In this document: positions 19,301 to 29,100 of the stretch, piece by piece | Layout of the letters: each line of letters opens with the position of its first letter | Position numbering within the stretch: position 1 is the stretch's first letter | Origin: SAR324 cluster bacterium | Lineage (GTDB): Bacteria > SAR324 > XYD2-FULL-50-16 | Direction of reading: 5' to 3' | Assembly (NCBI GenBank): GCA_028280735.1 | Contig: JANQLH010000170.1 | Coordinates: 1 to 59,150, forward strand | DNA: 59,150 nucleotides | Translations under genes and position numbers: made by a program | The notes under the pieces: generated by a model | Databases searched by the model: none | The model's input: only the letters and a program-made list of their open reading frames with translations | What the model was told of the DNA's origin: nothing

Positions 19301-22300
19301 CTTGTCGGGATCTGCCACAGGAGTTTTTATCGCTTCTGCCTTTACTGATTATGATGAACTGCTGTGGGATCATTCCGTAAAAATCGAAGCTCACATGGCC
19401 ACCGGTTCCGCCAATTCTATCCTGGCCAATCGCATATCATACCAGTTCAATTTTCACGGTCCTTCGGAAAACATCGACACTGCCTGTTCCGGTTCTTTAG
19501 TGGCTATATATCGAGGCGTGGAGTCTATTCGAAACGGCAGTTGCGATCAGGTCATAGCCGGAGGTGCCAATTTATTGTTGAGTCCTTCGGTTTATATTGC
19601 CTTTAATAAAACCGGCATGCTCAGTACAGACGGTCGTTGCAAAACATTTGATCATAAGGCAAACGGGTACGTGAGAGGAGAAGGTATCGGAACACTACTC
19701 CTGAAATCTCTGGAAAAAGCGGAACAGGATGGGGATTACATTTATGCTATCATCCTCGGTGGAGCGGTAAATCACGGTGGTCATACCAACACATTGACCA
19801 CACCCAATCCCGAGTCACAAACAAACCTGATCAAGGCTGCCTATCAGGACGCCGGTGTTCCCCTTACCAGCATTAGTTATATAGAAACCCACGGAACTGG
19901 CACTCCACTGGGAGATCCAATCGAATTAAAAGCCCTGCAGAACGCTTTTGCGGACTCCGGTTTTGAATCCCAAGACAGTGGAGCATTTTGTGGTATTGGT
20001 TCACTAAAAACCAATATCGGTCATTTAGAGGCTGCCGCCGGCGTTGCCGGAGTGTTAAAGATCTTATTGTCTCTCAAAAATAAAACCCTGCCTGCTCATA
20101 TCCATTTTGAAAAAATCAATCCCTATATCGATCTTGAGAAAAGCCCTTTATACATTGTTCAAAAAACTGAATCCTGGCAGCGAATCAAGGATAACGATGG
20201 TAACGAGATTGCCAGACGTGCAGGCATCTCTTCTTTTGGCTTTGGCGGTACCAATGCTCATCTGGTGATTGAGGAATATGAGAACGAGAACACCAATCCA
20301 GCCATCGAAAAAAATGAGTTGGAAGTCTTTTTGCTAAGTGCTGAAAGCAGGGAGCAGCTTTTGGGATATGCAAATAAATATATTGATTTTCTGGAGAATC
20401 TCTCGCGACAGCCAGCAACCAAGCAAGCAGAGCAGTTTTTTAAGAACCTGGTTTTTACGCTGCAAAAAGGTAGAAGGGTCATGAATGAACGGCTAGCCAT
20501 CGTCGCGAGCAACCCTGATGATTTAACCAAAGGTCTCAGGCAGTTTATCGAGAATAAGACTTCGAAAAACCTGTTTTTGGGCAATGCTGAAAGCAAACGA
20601 AAAGAATTGGATACTCTCTTTGAAGGAGATGTCGGCGCTGAAATCGTCCGTGTGATTGTTGAAAAAAGAGATTTAAAAAAACTCTGCCAGCTGTGGGTTT
20701 CAGGGCTGGATATCGATTTCTCTCCCGTCAGGCAGAATGCCCATCGAAAACGTGTTCCCTTGCCGACCTATCCTTTTGCAAAACATCGTTATTGGATTGA
20801 AGCAACCGTAACAAAAAAGGAAGAGGATTCCGTCAAACCAGCAACTCCGATAAATAACCATTCTCTACCAAAACACCGATCCATCTGCTACTTACCGGTC
20901 TGGAGACCGACTCCGTTAAAAGGGGAGGGAACACCGCGAATTGTAAAATCGATAGTCGTGATTTATCGGAGAGGAGATGAAGAGTTGGTTGAGCACCTGA
21001 AAGCGGCTCATCCTCAGGATAGTTTTATCGAAATATTGTTAGGAAAATCCTTTAGTCACCACCACAATCAAAAATTTGAAGTAGAAGCTGCCAATCCTGA
21101 CTTTGATAAAATCTATTCGCACCAAATCGATGTTCCTGATCTGATTTATTATATTGAATCGCCCTTGCCGGGGCAGTCCCTGTCGGCAACCCATAAATCT
21201 CAAACGGAACAGGTTTGCAAGTCTGTTATCCAACCATTCCTTGCACTTATCAAATTTCTGGAAAAAAGACAAAAGCACCCGAAGAGTGTCGCCGTCAAAT
21301 TGATTACCGTTAACGCCCTCCACCTGTGGCCTGGTGACGAAATAAATCCGGCAGGTTCGGCTTTACACGGGTTTGCCAGAGCTGCTGATAAGGATTGTGA
21401 AAACATTGATATTTGCAGCCTGGATATTAGTAAAAAGGAGATTGACAATCAACTGGCCAGTAAAGTTATCACTGAACCGCTCATTGAGGGTGTCCGGGAT
21501 GTTACCTATCGAAACGATGTTCGTTACCAACGCTATCTGACACCGATTAAACTGAACAGCCCGGGTAGTCATCCTTACCGCGAGAGAGGCGTATATATTA
21601 TTCTCGGAGGATTTGGAAACCTGGGTTTTAAAACCGCCCTGCACCTGGCTCAACACTATAATGCCCGATTGGCAATTATTGGTAGAAGAGAGACCGACGA
21701 ACAAACAAATTATCTCTTAAACATATTGAATCAGCAGAGTGGGGAGGCTATTTACATTCAAGCCGATATCAGTTCTACAGAAGAATTGGCACAAGCATTA
21801 GATGTTACAAAAAAACATTTTGGGGAAATCAACGGCGTGATCCACACAGCGATGAATTACGATGAAACACCATTCGGCGAGCTGACCAATGACACTATCA
21901 GAACAATGTTCAGACCAAAGATCGATGGCGTTATCAACCTGCTAAACGAGTGCCGGCACGAGAAACTGGATTTCATCCATTTTTTCTCCTCAGCCCAGGT
22001 TTTTTCAGGCGCGAAAAAACGTGCACATTACGCTGCTGCTTGCTCCTATGCAGACGCTTATGTGCAAACTATCAGCCGAACAGTCCCGTTTGATCTGAAA
22101 ATAATCAACTGGGGATTCTGGCACCGACCCAATAATGATGAGAATAAACAGGCATTCGCAGCCTCTTTGTCGGATCAGGGAATATTCTGCCTACAGGAAA
22201 ATGAAGTGCTTGCCCTGTCAGACCAGTTCTGCGCTCAATCTTCCCCACAAGTGGCTATCTTTGATGTGAGTGATTCGCTTTTGGAACTAATGGGGGTCAG

Positions 22301-25300
22301 GTCTGACTATTCTCTTTCCCTGTTACCCCAAGGCGCTCTGCCTACTCTCAAACCCGGGATATTGTCATTCTCGGAGGCTGACCACGAAGCAAAGCTATCA
22401 GTTGACACAGAAGCGATCAAACATATCACCGGGTTTATGAATGATTTGCTATTAAATGCGTTGGACAAGTTAGGTTTGTATGCAACCGCCGGTGAAAAAA
22501 TTCCGTTAGAATCCATTGAGCGAAAATATGGTCTGCAACCTCATTATTCGAGGTTGTTGCATTACATTCTGGATTACTTGAATGAATTGGGTTTTATCAT
22601 TAAAAAAAGTGATTTTATAGAGATTTGCGGATCTGCAGTTAAAAAAGGAGAATACCTCGATATCGCTCGAAATGCCGATCAGGTAAAAACCCAACTAGCA
22701 GGCCAATATCCCGAATACCGACCTTTTCTTACCGTAATCCACAGGGTACTGAGCCAATATGACGAATTACTGACAGGGATGTTATCTCCAATTGATCTGT
22801 TTTTTTCCTCAGAAGCCAAGGGGATCATTGAACGGATTTATCGAGATAACCTGATTGCCGACTTCCACAATGACAAGGTTTTAAAACTAGTCAGGACCTA
22901 TATAGGGAAAAGATTGTTAACCCTAAAATCCGGGGAAAAAATAAACATCCTGGAAATCGGCTCAGGAACCGGTGGCACCAGTATTCCGGTAATAGAATCA
23001 ATCGCTGAATTTTCTGCGGATGTCCGCTTTAGTTTTACCGACATTTCTCAAAGCTTTCTCAACAATGCCAGAACCATACTGGAAAAGCCCTATCCTTTTG
23101 TTGATTACAAAATTTTAGATATTGAACAAAACATCAAACACCAGGATTTTCAGGTGGGTCAGTATGATTTGGTCTTTGCTTCCAATGTACTTCACGCAAC
23201 CCGCGATATTCGAAACTCCTTGGGTAATGCCAAACAATTACTAAAAAATAACGGTTGGCTTATTTTGAATGAGGTTACCAAGGTTCAGCCTTTTGTTTCC
23301 TTATCGTTTGGCATCCTTGAAGGATGGTGGCGGTTTGAGGATTCCGATTGTCGTCTCAAAAACTCTCCATTGCTGGATATAAAGCGTTGGAAAAACCTGA
23401 TGCGGGAAACAGGCTTCAAGTCCATCGAAACCGCTGTTAAACCTGAATATACCGAGAACGATCTCCTCTCCCAAACCGTGATTATCGGAGAAAGCAATGG
23501 TGTGATCAGGGATGAAGCGGATGTTGCCCAAGTCACTGCGACTATCCCACAACAGAAACCTTTATCAAAACAAGCAGTGTGGAAACACGCTGGTCAGCCA
23601 AATTTACAAGGTGAAATAATCCATATTATCAGCCAGGTATTAAAGGTTAACCCGGATGAGATCAAGCTTGAGGCCAGTTTCCAACGCCTGGGCTTTGATT
23701 CTATCCTGGCCCTTGAAATGACTGAGCTGCTTTCCAAAAGGTATGGCGTCAAGTTAAAGCCCACCGAACTGATTGAGCACACATCGATTAATGAGTTTAT
23801 TTCTGGATTTAAACCGCTGGATTCTGAACATGCAGGATTCGATGATCCCCCCACCAATGAACTTGAAATAGTCAGTGATTATAAACCGGAAGCAGTCATC
23901 ATGCGGACTAAATCCAAGCCTCAGGAGCCTGTCGCAATTATCGGTCTCAGCGGTGTTTTCCCCGGTGCGGAAGATGTGAGTGAATTCTGGAAGAACCTTG
24001 CCAAAGGCAAAGCTTCAATAGCCCATTATCCTAGCCATCGATCCAATCACTTGTTCGAGGATTTGAAAGAAAAATTCCTGGAAGAAGGTAAAGACATTTT
24101 TTGGGGAGGATTTTTGTCTGATGTCTCCACGTTTGATCATGATTTTTTTGCCATATCACCTCGTGAGGCTCGGGTAATGGATCCACAGCAGCGGATCATA
24201 CTGGAGACAGCCTGGAAAACCATCGAAGATGCCGGATACAGAGCATCAGATTTATCCGGAAGCAAGACAGGCGTATTTGTTGGGATAGGTAAACCGGATT
24301 ATTACGATTTGATCAGAAACAGTGAAAACGGATTTGATTCCCATACTCTGACCGGCATCAGCACGAATCTTACGGCAGCCCGAATATCCCATCTTTTACG
24401 CTTCCAGGGACCGTGTGAGATTGTTGATGCTGCCTGTGCCGGTTCATCGATTGCCATACACAAGGCTGTGGAAGCGATTCGTTCCGGTTCTTGTAATGCG
24501 GCCCTGGCCGGAGGAATTAACCTGATGATGGCGCCCTACAACTTTCTCAATTTGCAACAAACCGGTTTATTGGCAGACAAGGGCCAGGTCAGAATATTTG
24601 ATAAAAACAGTGACGGGTTCGTCAGAAGCGAGAGTTCTGCGATCATTATGCTTAAGCCTTTGAGTCAGGCAATTTCTGATCGTGACAATATTTATGGACT
24701 TATTAGGGGAACGGCAGCCAGTTTCGGAGCTCAAAACGAGTTTCTGACAAAACCGGACGAAAAGACTCAATCAGAAGTCATAAGACAAGCGATTAGGAAC
24801 GCTGGCCTGACTCCTGACCAGATCGACTACATTGAGGCCCATGGATCAGGCAATTCCATCGGAAATACAATAGAGATTAATGCCTTCAAAAATGTCTTTT
24901 TGACTGACTCTATCAACCGGACAAGAAGATCAGTCCTGAGAATCGGGTCTTTAAAAGCCAACATCGGGCATGCAGAAGCAGCCTCTGGTATCGTAGGATT
25001 GATCAAGGTTCTTGGTTCCTTTCAGAACAGCAAGCTACCGCCAACGCTGGGATGTGAATTAATAGACCCTGACTTAGATTTAAAGTCAGAATCGATTGAG
25101 ATTCTCACCCAACCGTTGGACCTGACAAGCCAACAACGCGATAAAGCCTCGTCAGCTCCTTACCGAGCCGGGATCCACTCATTTGGTTTTGGGGTGTTCA
25201 ATAGTCATCTGGTTGTTGAGGACTATGTCGGCCAATCCGAAGAATCACATGAGGGGAATGCTGTCAAGCAGCCAGAGCTGTTTGTTTTTTCGGCTCGAAC

Positions 25301-26171
25301 TGCTGAAAGCTTAAAACAATATCTGCAGATATTTAAACGGTTTCTGGATTCAAATCCCAAGCTCAACCTCGGTAATGTTGCTTATACCTTACAGATGGGA
25401 AGAGAACCCATGGAAGAAAGGTTAGCTGTTGTTACCAGCTGTCAGCAAGAACTCGGTGAGATTATTGAAGCCATTCTGTCCGGCCAAGCAATAGACTCCT
25501 CAAAAGCGATTATGGGCCGGGTTCACATTCCAGAAACACCCGATTCCTTGTTTCCCAGACAAACCATTGTGTCATCCTGCGGCAAAACTCAACTCGATAT
25601 AAAGCAGCTAGAGCGGATGGCCCGAGACTGGATCGAAGGAGAGACTGTCAATTGGAATTTGCTGCATCATCAGAGAAAACCATCCCGAGTTTCCTTGCCC
25701 ACGGTATGTTTTAAAAAACAAAAACACTGGATTGAGATAAGACGCAAATCGGCGGCAATGGGTTCGGAATACGCCTCTCAGGCCTTAAAGAGGCAACAAT
25801 CCCTCAAGTCAACTTTAACAGAACTGGTCAAAGAGGCTCTGGCTCGTCCGGATCTTGATCTCCAGGGTGATGAAAAACTGAGACGTTACGGATTTGATTC
25901 TCTAATGCTGATATCAGTTGTCAACAGTTTATCAATAAAAACAGACTATAATCCTTTCTTAAAATCTTTGGCAAAAGCGTCAACGATTAATGAAATGGTT
26001 GACATACTGGACAATCAAAAACCGGAGCCGGGCAACACCAATACCGCGCAAAAGCACCTGGCGGAAGATGAGGTCTATTACGCGATCCTCCGAAACCTGG
26101 AACAGGGCAAGATCCTTCCCGACCAGGCGATATCATTAAAAAATAGATTGCTTTCTGAATATTCAGGGTAA
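13329..26171 (+). CDS. trans-AT polyketide synthase 1 (three modules): KS, degenerate AT, DH, KR, ACP, KS, KR, cMT, ACP, KS, ACP
   Basis: The track ORF (4284 aa) starts at TTG 13317; the first ATG is 13329 (MTIAKNNECDVAIIGIACRFPGA). The three KS Cys codons (13863, 19485, 24435) are all in frame. There is no functional AT. The stop at 26169-26171 lies 6 nt before the PKS2 ATG. Confidence 0.95.
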   Translation: MTIAKNNECDVAIIGIACRFPGAEDYHRYWENLATGINSIREIPSNRWDLSKFYSSDFTAPNKSISKWCGIVEDLDCFDYRFFNTSPHEAQYIDPQQRMLLEESWRCVEDSGVPLEELRSKKTAVIIGVMANDHLHKMADARIETSAYACLGNYECIIANRLSNYFALTGKSISINGACSSSAIAIHEGRKSLQLKESDYVLAGGVNLNIHPWKYVSFSKARMLSPDGQCKTFDQDANGYVPGDGIGVLLMQLKENAIEAGNHIYGIIKGSAVNHVGGTDSITAPDIEAQKSVILDAYSDAGISPDSVSYVEAHGTGTSLGDPIEIQAISQAFAEYTEKKSFCKIGSVKTNIGHLEASAGVAGVIKVLMMMQNQAIPPSLNVSILNPLIQFEQTPFTVVQNLEPWKPTSHEKGLRAGISSFGFGGANCHILLESYPESLPGKKLPDSNKATATAKSVYPFLLSARSLSSLELAVKKWMSYLESSDPNTLKIEEISSTLLHGRQHFNFRFASLVSDITEIKSALRGFEPKNSQVYKSLSLHINDVSGSVQVFADDARENTAFFSKISELKKQTGITGQPEKSETPVVDAFIQSYLYLADLLTAGFKPAHILASKEGFWLGLAISGIVSVQDAIKAQLGRQHIKTLKVKRPVIPILNPLANRLVRLYHIDHLYFEKLIESSFLDQKQIDGLLLFYKKLKSNQFTFKKYMEEWDKHLEKAGQAVDRLINETGDKVHVPELPRQSLLLFVILNSSLQRLHQKWSLPFNSGIQNMPFLELTDLIIDEVVTKRELVQLLLGDRSNKSTFYHEINERQHKLDPVKPYQILKACNTAIREIDDFQHWCESWLKGNPSIQGFEESNSCFFGRMTKEQNVISINPNTSSYQQSVERTLVDLWKNGAEIDWRKVTPVSKSKKVPLPTYQFEKHRLDFLGRPAFTNGPSEDSAKTPTSAPAPTIAIAAHENHANRYVATLKFEDWFVRDHVIDGKTVLPGAVSVEMLFTAFKKHSGRLPDIIESITWYKPVFFDADRTLNIDFETTGESSSFSIFSESDTGNKDIHVKGKLSSSRELPLKPAPVVPERIMNQHQAFLNKTAVYDAFQKAGYCYGPGFQVVESAYINDLETLAVLSISKDQELEHAFAVHPALLDGALQTAIIPLLEVATRQKHFYYPYFVEKLYCNHDVSEPKFAHITLTHPDQPADSDIVKCHVNVFNNKGNSYLHLRNLSFKKAVSKPVHAPDIELNLSTVLYGSAWLPSNDVSIKTLPNRSQKQHIIFFLPRISNDVDVFEIKRIARVFETGLPSIVVRPSNEYKQIDNTCFDIVPNNLSSYLSLLHTLARQGMVISDILHLWSYGVELSEAADLNELKTFSINSLFNLCKAISTVNPEQHVNILYCYHKSWAALNPIPAALSGFFKSVGLENSGIHGRVLAIGSHEHDKGKLPKLELLKKEFDYHLPAGTETTLNNNERRLFAYQQTSFADQNRYRLSIRENGTYLITGGLGGIGVIISEYLLSQSRVNLILTCRSEASNDQLKELTAGNQNTSKITYLKSDIASQQGVDELISHLDKDNQSLNGIFHCAGVTHDATLHNKELSDVNRVIGSKVDGTLYLDEASKNEPLDFFILFSSTTAVFGNIGQCDYAFANRFLDYYAPYREELRQRGERSGSTISINWPVWKDGGMQISESIKKQFFNLFGIVPLNTNEAIKTLETAFVAPFQNLLVVSGDQDKITRDLTIYQKEEMTIAKQESDKRPKPDDQSYLQLFQDEFTAIAASQLHLDASAIDIHEDMSDFGFDSISFTDITNALNDKFEIGLAPTIFFEKKTLARIVDAIWEDYREELLHYYGKTDDLNKKEFETIAKTDDMEIKESGSSIPPKTGNGVHKTNIIAGNPKAIAIIGMNGKLPGSDNLEEFWEHLESGNDLISEIPGDRWNWSDYHGDPREEENKTNIKWGGFMRDVACFDAPFFKISAREAELMDPQQRILLECVWNTIEDAGYNIDSLSGSATGVFIASAFTDYDELLWDHSVKIEAHMATGSANSILANRISYQFNFHGPSENIDTACSGSLVAIYRGVESIRNGSCDQVIAGGANLLLSPSVYIAFNKTGMLSTDGRCKTFDHKANGYVRGEGIGTLLLKSLEKAEQDGDYIYAIILGGAVNHGGHTNTLTTPNPESQTNLIKAAYQDAGVPLTSISYIETHGTGTPLGDPIELKALQNAFADSGFESQDSGAFCGIGSLKTNIGHLEAAAGVAGVLKILLSLKNKTLPAHIHFEKINPYIDLEKSPLYIVQKTESWQRIKDNDGNEIARRAGISSFGFGGTNAHLVIEEYENENTNPAIEKNELEVFLLSAESREQLLGYANKYIDFLENLSRQPATKQAEQFFKNLVFTLQKGRRVMNERLAIVASNPDDLTKGLRQFIENKTSKNLFLGNAESKRKELDTLFEGDVGAEIVRVIVEKRDLKKLCQLWVSGLDIDFSPVRQNAHRKRVPLPTYPFAKHRYWIEATVTKKEEDSVKPATPINNHSLPKHRSICYLPVWRPTPLKGEGTPRIVKSIVVIYRRGDEELVEHLKAAHPQDSFIEILLGKSFSHHHNQKFEVEAANPDFDKIYSHQIDVPDLIYYIESPLPGQSLSATHKSQTEQVCKSVIQPFLALIKFLEKRQKHPKSVAVKLITVNALHLWPGDEINPAGSALHGFARAADKDCENIDICSLDISKKEIDNQLASKVITEPLIEGVRDVTYRNDVRYQRYLTPIKLNSPGSHPYRERGVYIILGGFGNLGFKTALHLAQHYNARLAIIGRRETDEQTNYLLNILNQQSGEAIYIQADISSTEELAQALDVTKKHFGEINGVIHTAMNYDETPFGELTNDTIRTMFRPKIDGVINLLNECRHEKLDFIHFFSSAQVFSGAKKRAHYAAACSYADAYVQTISRTVPFDLKIINWGFWHRPNNDENKQAFAASLSDQGIFCLQENEVLALSDQFCAQSSPQVAIFDVSDSLLELMGVRSDYSLSLLPQGALPTLKPGILSFSEADHEAKLSVDTEAIKHITGFMNDLLLNALDKLGLYATAGEKIPLESIERKYGLQPHYSRLLHYILDYLNELGFIIKKSDFIEICGSAVKKGEYLDIARNADQVKTQLAGQYPEYRPFLTVIHRVLSQYDELLTGMLSPIDLFFSSEAKGIIERIYRDNLIADFHNDKVLKLVRTYIGKRLLTLKSGEKINILEIGSGTGGTSIPVIESIAEFSADVRFSFTDISQSFLNNARTILEKPYPFVDYKILDIEQNIKHQDFQVGQYDLVFASNVLHATRDIRNSLGNAKQLLKNNGWLILNEVTKVQPFVSLSFGILEGWWRFEDSDCRLKNSPLLDIKRWKNLMRETGFKSIETAVKPEYTENDLLSQTVIIGESNGVIRDEADVAQVTATIPQQKPLSKQAVWKHAGQPNLQGEIIHIISQVLKVNPDEIKLEASFQRLGFDSILALEMTELLSKRYGVKLKPTELIEHTSINEFISGFKPLDSEHAGFDDPPTNELEIVSDYKPEAVIMRTKSKPQEPVAIIGLSGVFPGAEDVSEFWKNLAKGKASIAHYPSHRSNHLFEDLKEKFLEEGKDIFWGGFLSDVSTFDHDFFAISPREARVMDPQQRIILETAWKTIEDAGYRASDLSGSKTGVFVGIGKPDYYDLIRNSENGFDSHTLTGISTNLTAARISHLLRFQGPCEIVDAACAGSSIAIHKAVEAIRSGSCNAALAGGINLMMAPYNFLNLQQTGLLADKGQVRIFDKNSDGFVRSESSAIIMLKPLSQAISDRDNIYGLIRGTAASFGAQNEFLTKPDEKTQSEVIRQAIRNAGLTPDQIDYIEAHGSGNSIGNTIEINAFKNVFLTDSINRTRRSVLRIGSLKANIGHAEAASGIVGLIKVLGSFQNSKLPPTLGCELIDPDLDLKSESIEILTQPLDLTSQQRDKASSAPYRAGIHSFGFGVFNSHLVVEDYVGQSEESHEGNAVKQPELFVFSARTAESLKQYLQIFKRFLDSNPKLNLGNVAYTLQMGREPMEERLAVVTSCQQELGEIIEAILSGQAIDSSKAIMGRVHIPETPDSLFPRQTIVSSCGKTQLDIKQLERMARDWIEGETVNWNLLHHQRKPSRVSLPTVCFKKQKHWIEIRRKSAAMGSEYASQALKRQQSLKSTLTELVKEALARPDLDLQGDEKLRRYGFDSLMLISVVNSLSIKTDYNPFLKSLAKASTINEMVDILDNQKPEPGNTNTAQKHLAEDEVYYAILRNLEQGKILPDQAISLKNRLLSEYSG
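13356..18830 (+). other. PKS module 1: KS, degenerate AT, DH, KR, ACP (boundaries approximate)
   Basis: - KS: NGACSSS (Cys codon 13863-13865), EAHGTGTSLGDPIE, KTNIGHLE
- DH: RDHVIDGKTVLPG (His codon 16260-16262), YGPGFQ, LLDGALQ
- KR: TGGLGGIG (~17786-17820), HCAGVTHDA, GQCDYAFAN
- ACP: FGFDSISF (Ser codon 18687-18689). Confidence 0.8.
14690..16110 (+). other. Full-length but catalytically dead AT-like region after KS1
   Basis: About 470 aa lie between the KS1 end and LPTYQFEKHRLDF. By eye this aligns with a cis-AT layout. LSLHINDVSG sits where FxFxGQGSQ would be. VVDAFIQSYLYLADLLTAGFKPAHILASKEGFWLGLAISGIVSVQDAI sits where VxQPALFAxxVALAxLWxSxGVxPxAVxGHSxGExAAAxxAGxLSLEDA would be, so GHSxG has become ASKEG (15158-15200) and the nucleophile Ser is gone. 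Confidence 0.6.
18975..23830 (+). other. PKS module 2: KS, KR, C-methyltransferase, ACP (boundaries approximate)
   Basis: - KS: DTACSGS (Cys codon 19485-19487), ETHGTGTPLGDPIE, KTNIGHLE, LPTYPFAKHRYWIE
- KR: GGFGNLG (~21600-21630), AHYAAACSY
- MT: LEIGSGTGG (22950-22978), NVLHAT, EGWWRF
- ACP: LGFDSILA (Ser codon 23699-23701). Confidence 0.8.
23925..26010 (+). other. PKS module 3: divergent KS, ACP, followed by a C-terminal docking tail
   Basis: - KS: DAACAGS (Cys codon 24435-24437), EAHGSGNSIGNTIE, KANIGHAE, FGFGVFNSH
- ACP: YGFDSLML (Ser codon 25899-25901)

There are no beta-processing domains. Confidence 0.75.
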
Positions 26172-26177
26172 GTAATA

Positions 26178-29100
26178 ATGGAACTTCAAAACGAAAAAGA
26201 ACTGTTTGAACGAGTAGCATCCCATGAACTGTCGGCTTCTGAAGCTATGGTATTGATAAAAAAAGATTTTCAGTCCCGACCTGTCACCAAAAACCAGCCG
26301 GACAAGCTTGATCCTGAGATGTTTGCTCTCACAGATGGGCAACTGGGACTCTGGTCTCACCAAAAGCTAATTCCACAAAGCACCGCTTACAATATTCCTC
26401 TGGTTTTCAACTGCCTGGTTGAAATTGACACTCGTTTATTGAAAAAAACCTGGGCGAGTCTTTGTGACCGTCATAAGTGCCTTAAAGCTGTTTTTTTTGA
26501 AAAGGATGGAACTGTCTATCAATCACTAAACCAACAGGTTGATCTGATTTTTAAAGAAATCGAACTGACTGATACAGACAGAGATGTCGTGAACACCGTT
26601 GAAAGCTTAATCCAACAGAGCTTCAAACTGCAAAATGAATTACCGGCAAAGCTATACTGTTTGAAATGCATTGATAAGCCCCCCATTCTTGTTTTTCTTT
26701 TTCATCACATCGTAATTGACGGCATCTCGTTGGGTATCATCATCAAAGATTTTCAACACTTCTACCTTTATCATGCCGGCCAACAGAGCAATGCCCCAGC
26801 CGAACAAACAACTATCTATGACAATTTCCAAAGCTGGCAGAAAAACTGGCTGGCTAGCACCGAAGGGCAACAAGCCAAGAAGACCTTACTAAAGAAGCTC
26901 ACAACGGATATTCAGCCCTTAGACATCTATACCGGAAAAAAGAAACAAATAAATCCGACATTTAATGGAGAATTTTATCTAGTTGATCTGAACAAAGCTC
27001 TGAGTGATGACTTACACTCGTTTGCCAGAGAAAACGACATATCCGTTTTTTCAATCATGCTTTCTGTATTCATTCTCCTGCTTTACCGTTACAGCCATCA
27101 ACAAGAGCTTATTGTTGCCACACCCTTTGCCGCTCGTCCCCGGGCTGAATTTGAGAACCAGGTGGGTTTTTTTACCAACTTGTCTTTAATCAAGGGCTTG
27201 CTGGAAGACCAAATGTCTTTCAAGGAATTAATGGTCAACATTAAAGAGGAGGTGATTGATCTATTTGGTTACGGCCATTATCCCTTTACCCTGGTTCAGC
27301 AGGATATCAGCCTTAAAAAAAGAGTAAACAGGCTCCATCAGCAATTTCATGCTGCGTTTTATTTTCAAAGTCCAATTGAAACTGAGGCATGCGACTCAAA
27401 AACCATTCTGCTTGCAAGGGATTTACGATTTAATCAAACAGGCGAGTCTGATTTAGTATTGGATGTCGTACCAGCGGGAGATCACAGCAAGCTCTACTTC
27501 AAGTACAATCCTGATAAATACGCAAAAGATGTGGTAGTTCAGCTTTCAACGAGTTATCTATACCTTCTGCAACAAGTTGTTAAAAAATCCGATCAAGAGA
27601 TAGCGAAATATTCCTTGTTACCTCCTCCTCTTGAAACCAAAACAAAAGGACAATGTCTTGGGGCCATACAGGAGTTTGATGATAGCCTGACACTTTTTAA
27701 CCGATTCAGGAGGCAGGTTGAAATACACCCCAAAAAAACTGCCGTATGTTTTGAAGATCAGGAGCTTTCCTATCAAACGTTGATGCAGCTTGTGGAGGCC
27801 TGTGTCGGCTTTTTTGACAAGCAAGGCATTAAAAGAGGTACACGAGTCGGGATTTTGATGTCTCACGGCCTGGAGCTGTTGATTGGATTGCTTGGTTTTT
27901 ACAAAATTGGCGCGACCTATGTTCCGCTGGATCCAACCTACCCTGCCAAAAGACTATCTTACATTCTGAATGATACCGCCACAAAACTGCTGGTCACAGA
28001 GCCGGGAATTGATGTGTCGTCCCTGTCTTTTGAAGGCACAACCATCATTCAGGATAGTAAAAAACTGCTAAACGCGAGGATTGCTAACGGCAGAAAAATC
28101 TCAGCATTGACCTGTCAAGGTCCGAAAAAAGAAGATATTGCATACATCATCTACACCTCTGGCTCAACAGGCAACCCCAAGGGAGTGAGAACCACTCAAA
28201 AAGGTCTGCTTAACTTTCTCCTTGGTTTTGAATCAGCATTGGATTTTAGTGATCGGGATAAAACACTCTCACTGACATCGATCTGTTTTGATCCTTCAAT
28301 TCTTGAGCTTTTTCTGCCTTTGATTACAGGTGGTTCAACAGAAATCCTGCCTGCTTCGATATTGAAAAATGGTAATGCTCTCAAGGAAAAAATAGAGAAT
28401 TCCGGAGCAACTGTTATTCAGGCAACCCCTGCCACATATAAAATGCTCTTCTCAGCCGGATGGGAGAAAAAGATTCATGCAAAAATCCTCTGTGGTGGGG
28501 AATCACTGACACCGGAATTGGCTGACGCTTTACAAAAAAGGGGAACTGAGTTGTGGAATGTTTATGGGCCCACGGAAGGGACAGTATGGTCGGCTTTGGG
28601 AAAAATAGAAACCGATGATCAGATCACTGTTGGTCGCCCCATATGCAACATGCAATATTATGTGCTGGATAAAAACCGAAATCCGGTGCCTAACGGAGTA
28701 AGCGGAGAGCTTTACATTGGCGGCATTGGTTTGGCAGACGGTTATGAAAATCTGGCAGAAAAAACACGAGACACCTTTCTCACAAATCCTTTTCATCCCG
28801 AATTATCCGCAAACATCTATAAATCCGGTGATGTCGTCCGTTTGTTACCGAATGGCAATATTCAATACATTGATCGAATTGACAATCAGGTCAAGTTAAG
28901 AGGGTATCGAATTGAGCTGAATGAAATCGAAGCAGTTATCAAAAAAAACGAGGGTTATCAATACGCAACAGTTGTTGTCAGAAAAGACAAGCAGGGTCAT
29001 GACCATCTCATGGCCTTTCTTAATCTACCTGAAAATGACCTATCCACTGAACATTCCAGAATCAGGCAAAGCTTGAAGAAAAGTCTGCCAGGTTACATGA

